IMG/VR virus record: IMGVR_UViG_3300029619_000017
Reading direction: 5' to 3' (one strand)
Origin: a virus
DNA: 41,155 nucleotides
A model generated the notes under the pieces. The model made no database searches. It worked only from the letters and a program-made list of their open reading frames with translations, and was not told where the DNA came from. A program made the position numbers and the translations under genes. Numbering within the stretch: the stretch's first letter is position 1; the number at the start of each line of letters is the position of its first letter. This document shows positions 31,994 through 38,900 of this stretch, one piece after another.

Positions 31994-32947
31994 ATGGCAA
32001 TCAGTTTTAATCCAATCAGTTATAACTTTTCGGAGTCTGACGAGGCAAAAAAGAAAAAGCAGCTTGCGGATCAGCAGTACGAAAGGCTTTTAAATTACGG
32101 CTCATACAACAGCAAGTACAACAATGACCTTGCGGCGGCGGTTGACGCCATAAAAAACAGGGAAAAATTTTCGTATAACGCCGCTGAGGACAATCTTTAT
32201 AACATCTATAAGGAGCAGGCCACCCGAGCGGGAAAACAGGCTATGGAGGACACTCAGGGCAAGGCGGCGGCTCTTACGGGAGGTTACGGCTCTTCCTACG
32301 GTCAGACGGCGGGACAACAGGTCTATAACAACTATATGAACGACCTGAACAGCAAGATACCCGAGCTTGAACAGCTGGCATATCAGAGGTATCAGCAAGA
32401 GGGGCAGGATTTATACAATCTTGCAAGCCTTTACCAAAACCTTGACAACACCGACTATACACGGTGGGCAACAGGCTTTGACCAGCAGGGCACGCTGGCC
32501 AATATGGCGCAGAGTATGTATGACACCCTTTACAACCGTGAAAAGAACAATTACGACAGCCACATTCAGAACGACTGGAACAATGCTAATGCCAAACTGA
32601 CCGCCGACGAGTATAACGACAAAATGGCCTATCAACGAGAGCGTGACAGCGTTTCGGACGCACAGTGGCGGGAGCAGATGAACGAAACCAAGAAAAACAA
32701 CGACCAGTCGGCGGCGATATCGAGCCTTAAGGCACAGCTTGAGGCCAAGGACAGCCAGTGGGTAGATAAAGAGTATTCCACCGTTTCAAACGGTGTCAAG
32801 TCAATTTATGAGAGATATAAAGGTGACACAAATAAATTGAGGAATGCCTTGATAAAATTTATGGAGGGTTTGCCTGAAAGCTATTCGCAATATCTTGCTT
32901 CGGCAGTAGGCGAATACGGAATTACGCTTGATAATATTTTGAGGTGA
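31994..32947 (+). CDS. Q/N/Y-rich structural (internal virion?) protein
   Basis: 317 aa. Strongly biased towards Q, N, Y, D and A with no hydrophobic core pattern. Lies immediately upstream of the giant ORF. Confidence 0.4.
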   Translation: MAISFNPISYNFSESDEAKKKKQLADQQYERLLNYGSYNSKYNNDLAAAVDAIKNREKFSYNAAEDNLYNIYKEQATRAGKQAMEDTQGKAAALTGGYGSSYGQTAGQQVYNNYMNDLNSKIPELEQLAYQRYQQEGQDLYNLASLYQNLDNTDYTRWATGFDQQGTLANMAQSMYDTLYNREKNNYDSHIQNDWNNANAKLTADEYNDKMAYQRERDSVSDAQWREQMNETKKNNDQSAAISSLKAQLEAKDSQWVDKEYSTVSNGVKSIYERYKGDTNKLRNALIKFMEGLPESYSQYLASAVGEYGITLDNILR

Positions 32948-32951
32948 AAAT

Positions 32952-35900
32952 ATGAACGCATTAGACGCATATAAGAAGAAAAAAGAGCAAAGCAGCGGAA
33001 GTGCTTACACCGTACTTATGGCAGATAGAATCAAATCGGGCAAGGACACCCTTTTTGACGATATTATGTCCTTCGGCAAAAGCTCAATGGGAGATAATGC
33101 GTACAGCAACTATTACAAGGGCGGTTTTAAAACTCCCGACGATTACACGGCGGCAAGCGATTTCCTGACAAGCTCCGTTGATACGGTGAACGGATATAAG
33201 GAACGGCTTGAAAAGAACCGTGCGGCATATGAGCGGGTGTACGGTGCAGAGGCGGTCAAAAAGCAGGAAGAAAGCCTGAATCAAATGCTGTCTCTATATA
33301 ACAGTCAAGACCTTTGGGACAGCATTAACAGCCGCAGAGATGTCTTTGCACAGTACAAGGATGCCGATGAGTATAATTCCCTTAACGATATGACAGCCGG
33401 ACAGGGAAAAACACTCGACGATAAGATTTCAGCGGCACAGGAAGAGTATAACAATGCTCTTTCCCTGCTGTCTAAGGCAAAAAAAGGAAAATACATCAGT
33501 CGGGTTAAACTGCCCGATTCGGAAAATCAGAATATTGATATAGAATCGGCAAAGGATAAAGAAAGCTTTGCAAAAGCCGAGCTTGAACGGCTTAAACAGT
33601 TGAAGCTTGATTGGGAAAAGGCAAGAGCGCAGTACGATGACGAGGGCACTCCTTTTTCGGAAAAGTATAACGGATATGACTATAAGGGAGTCGGGCTTGC
33701 GATAAATGCGCTTGCTTCAAAGGAATATGCGCTGTCGGACAGCCAAAAAAGAGAGCTTGAATGGCTTAGAGACAATCAAATAAGCTATGCAAACGACGAA
33801 GAGCTGAAAAATGCCCTTGCGCTTGCAAAGGGTCAGGCCGAGAATGCAAGGGAAAAAACAAACCAAATGCATTTTGCGGCAACATATGATATCAATAATC
33901 CCGATCCTTTCACCGAAGAACAAAAAAATCTTGCGGAAGAAGAGGCTGCAAGGTACCAAGCCAAGGCGGCCACGCTTGAAAACTACTACAACGAGCGCAA
34001 GGAAAATGAACGACTTGCGGCAATCGAAAAAGAAGTTCACGACAAATATATGCCTCTTCTTGATGATGAGGAATTTGCGAAACACACAACTGTCGAAAGT
34101 GACAAAAAGTCAAGTGTGTACTTGGGGTCAGACCGCACGACAGATGTTTATAATAATATTGCAAATGTGTACAATGCGAAAATGACTGATGACGAACGAA
34201 AAGTGTTTTATGGATTGTACAATACCGATAAAGAAAAAGCAACAAAGTACCTTGATGAGCTGGAACCGATTTTGAATAAAAGGACAACTGACGCTTGGGT
34301 GAAAGTTGCTCAAGAAGGGGCAGAAGAAAACCCAGTCCTTAACAGTGTTTTGGCAATAGCGACCAACCTTGCAAGCGGTATAGGCTCCGCCGACGCTCTT
34401 CTAAGAAAAGCCACGGGAAAGGAGATCGACACAAATTCCCCAGCAAATATTATGGCACACTATTCGAGCACGGCAAGAGGCACGACCTCACAAATGCTTA
34501 TCGATTACCTCAGAAAAAATCCCGACAGCTTTTGGAATACCAAAAGTTCGCTCTTCGGACGGGATGAGGACGGCAACGCCCGGGCATTCGGCCTTTTTGC
34601 AAAGGAAACGACCGAAAGTATGCTTGACAATCTTGCGAGAATTGCAGTTTCAAAGGGAATCGGGACAGGACTCAGTGAAAAGGCTCTGGAAACGATTGAT
34701 TTTGCCCTTATGGGAAGTCAGGTAGCCACACAAACCATTATAGACGCAAAGAAAAAAGGTCTTTCGGACGGTAAGGCTCTTGCAATGGGCTTTACTTCGG
34801 GCGCAATCGAGGCAATAACCGAAGTATGGAGCGTTGAAAGAATTCTCGGAAACCCGAAAAGCTTTATTACCACTCTCGGCAAATCTCTTGTTGCCGAAGG
34901 GAGCGAGGAAATCGCTTCTAACATTCTCAACCGTGCGGTTGATGTGCTTGTAAATGCCGACCAGTCGGAAGTGATGCAGGAATATTACGGCTATATTAAC
35001 GAGGGGTTATCTCCTTCGGAGGCTTCGGCCAAGACGGTTTCGGGCATTCTCGGAGACGATCTTTCGGCGGGACTGGGCGGCGCACTTTCGGGCGTTATGA
35101 TGAGCAGAGCAAACTACGGCATTGCCAAGAGCTATGCAAAGGCCGAGAATGTCAAAAACGGAGTCAGACAAATAAAGGTCGGCCGAGAATTAAAATCGGC
35201 AGACAGCGTTATAACCTCCCTTGACGAGATTATCGCCGCAAATCCCGACAATAAGGAAGTAGTGACGGCAAGGGAAGCCATTGAAAAGGGCGAAAAGGTA
35301 TCGGCAAGGCGGCTTGGAAAGCTGCTTACGGACGAATTTTCGGCACAGTACGAAAAGGCCGTGACGGATGTGGACAGCACGGAGGTCAAGGCAAAGTTGG
35401 AGCAAAAGGGCGTAAAGAACGCCGATGCGCTTTCAAAGACCATTGCAAAGGCCTTTAACGAGGGATATGATTCGGTCAAGGGGCAGGAGCGAACCGAGCT
35501 TACTCACAACTCGGAGGCAATGGAGGTATACAAAGAATACCAAACCGAGAGAGAAAATGCGGCCGAAAACAGCGGCAGACTTTTCAGGGTGTATTCTGAT
35601 GTTGACCGTTCCGAGCTTGTTTCCTATGCGAAGGAGCAGGGTAAAAATAACAGCTTTATCCGGGAGGCCTCCGACCTTGCGGAGGGAAAAACCGACCTTG
35701 ATTCTCTTGATAATCTGCAAGAGGCGGTATTTTCCGAGATTACCGATCAGTTTTTGTCGGCCGATACGGTAGAAGAGGCACGGACGGTTTATAAGGAGCT
35801 TGCAAAAGGAGCCGGAAAGGGCATAAAATCACTGCTTGACATGGCTCTTGACAACCGCACCGAAGAAATCACGGCCGCAAACAGCTATGACACGGTGGAA

Positions 35901-38900
35901 AGCGTTTCCTTCAACGACACAAAAGACGGTGTCGAGGCGGTTGTTTCCACCGCAAAGGGAAAGAACCTCTCCCCTCTTTCGGCGAATATCGGATATGAGG
36001 CAGCCGCAGTCATAAACAATGCCGCGGACCGACCGACCGCCGTGAGAAATCTCTATGCAAACGAATATCTCGAAAGCAACCGCCACCTTGTTGCCTCGAC
36101 CTATAACGCTTCTTTTGAAAAATATTATAAGGCCGGAGAAAAGGGGCAGAGCTTTTCCGACATTAAACGCACATCGAGAGACATAAAACCGTCGAGTGCC
36201 CGCAGAATATACGAAGCAGGCAGAGCACAGGCGGGAGCCGAACGAAACAGACAGGAGCAGTATAAACAGTCGGACGAGTACAAAAACCGCTCAAAGGAGC
36301 GCACAGAGCAAAATGCGGCCGCAAAAAAGCAGGGCGGCGTTGTGCGGGAATATTCGGCAAGCAAAAAAGTGAACAGGAAGCTGAGGGGACAGCTCCGACT
36401 GCTCGATGTTTGGGCAAAGGAAAAGGGCGTTGTTATCCGTGTAGTTTCGAGCCTTGCCGAGAAATATAATCTTGAAGGAAAGATTATAAACGGGCAGTAT
36501 GAGGGCGGAAACACGATTGTCATTGCCCTTGACGGTAAAAATGCGCTGACCTCCACGGCGGGGCACGAGATGTACCATATGATTGAAAATCTTTCGCCGG
36601 AGTATGCGCAGAGCTTCAGGGAATTTGTCATAGACCACCTTAAGGCGGCGGGAAAATATGATTCGGTTTTTGCGGACTATGAGAAAAGATACGGAAAGAC
36701 CTATGCAAGGGACGAGGACTTTAAGGCCAAAATCGACGAGGAAATCGTTGCCGACCACTGCTTTGAAGCACTGACCAACAAGGAGCAGTGGGACAGCTTT
36801 GCGGCCGAAAACAAAACGCTTTCCGACAAGATAATGGAATTTATCAAGGAATTTGTGGCAATGATAAACCGTGCCTTTGACAAATATTTCGTTCACGACA
36901 ACGCCGAAATCCGAAACGAGGTTTTGGGCGAGGTTGATTATATGAACGAAATTGCCCGGCGGCTTTCGGAGGGCGTGGACGAGGCGGTGGAGAATTACCG
37001 TTTCGGTGCCGGCACGGAGAGTGAGACAAGGTTTTCGATTGGATATACTTTGGATAACAAGGCTGTTGCAATTATTGAAGATGATATTCTTGCGGGTGTT
37101 CCAAAATCCGAATGGATAAAAACCGTCAAGGATACTATTTCCGGAAAGTTCTCAAGCGGCATTCCCGTAAGCGGTCGACTTATCAAGGTAAATCGTATTA
37201 CAAAAAACGAGTTTACGAACTCAAAAGATACAAAGAACTTGAAAAACAATAAGACTGTTTACAAAGACAAGCTTAAGTCCGCAAACAATCTTGACGATAT
37301 TGTCTTGGCTTCCACCAATTATATTAACGAGGATTTAAAGCACACTCGAAAGGACAATTTCAAGGAGTTTGCTCGTGGAGATGTTTCAATCCGAATCGGA
37401 AACAATGATTATTCGGCAAAGGTTATTGTGGGTTTCACATCGGGCGGAAACATGGTCTTATATGATATTATCAATTTTACCCCTACAAAATTTGTATTAA
37501 ATGAAAAAAAGAAGGCACGCAATACCGCTATGCATCAAAATGATGCAGGAAGCGATAGAACACGCGTACCTTCTGATACCATTATACGCACAAACGATAA
37601 AAAAAGTCAAGGGAAAATTTCCTCTTTTTCGATTTCGGACGAGGAATATATGTCTGCGGCGGAAAGCGGTGACACAAGACTTGCCCAAAGAATGGTAAAC
37701 GAGGCGGCGGGTGAAGCGGGGTATAATTCTCCCCTGCTCTATCACGGCACACAAAATTTCGGCTTTACCGAATTTGACCTTAACAAAATGGGTGACGGTC
37801 GGAGCATTTTCCTCACCTCGAGCAGGGAAATAGCCTCCACCTATTCGGGCGTCGGCGGAAAAAGGAATATCGAAGCTCCCAAAAGCTCGGCAAATATGAC
37901 GATTGACGAGGTGGCAAAGGCTCTTAACGAGGTTTCGAAAAGAGACAACGGCGACCTTGAGCTTTCATCCTATCGGGTCATGACCAAAAAAGACCTTACC
38001 ACTCTTGAAAGAAACGTCGACAAGGGTATCGAGGACTTGTATGACACGGTACAGAAGAAAATAGACCTTTACGGTGAAAAGCTTGCGAGGGACTTTAACG
38101 ATAAGGATGAAAAGACCTTAAATCAGCTTGTCGACCTTTCCGACCTTTTGGAGCATTATTCTTATGACAAGCTGTCCACTCCCCTTTATATGCTGCTCCA
38201 CCACTCCGATGCTTTTACCACGGAAAAGTTTGAGCTTTCCGACCTTGAGGCCGATGTGCGGCTTATGCAGCTGCTTAAAAAGAACGACCTTTCAAATGGC
38301 GTTGTCGTTGCCGAAGATAAGGACAGATATTACATTCGTGCTCTTGACCGGGAAAAGGCGGCGAAACTGCTTGACGAGCAAAACGCACAGGGAAACTATA
38401 CCCTCTTTGCAAAGCTGGGCAATTATCTCGAAATCGACGGCAAGGGAAAGAACTGGAACAAGATATTTGCCGTGCTTGAGCCGCAGGAGAAAACCACCTT
38501 TTCGGCGAAATACAACACCGACACAAATACTCTTGTGCTCAGCGACGAAAAAGGTACCTTTGCCGAAATAAAGAGAGATACTCTTGACGAAGCCACACCC
38601 GCCATGGCAAGAGCCATAACATACAGATACGGCAAATTCCTTGCGGCGACAGTGCTTTCACAGGCGAGAGATCAGCTTAAAAACAGTGCGACGGCCGAAG
38701 TGCAGGTCAGAGCCGTGGGAGACAGAAACACAAGGGAGATTGCCGAGTTTGCCGACGAGCAGGGCTATGACAGCGTTGTTTTCCGTGACCTTATGGACAA
38801 CGGCGGACAAAACAGCAAGGTCGGCAGCTCAACCACGGCCGACATTTATATCATCTTCGACCCAAACAATGTCAAATCTGCCGACCCGATAACCTATGAC

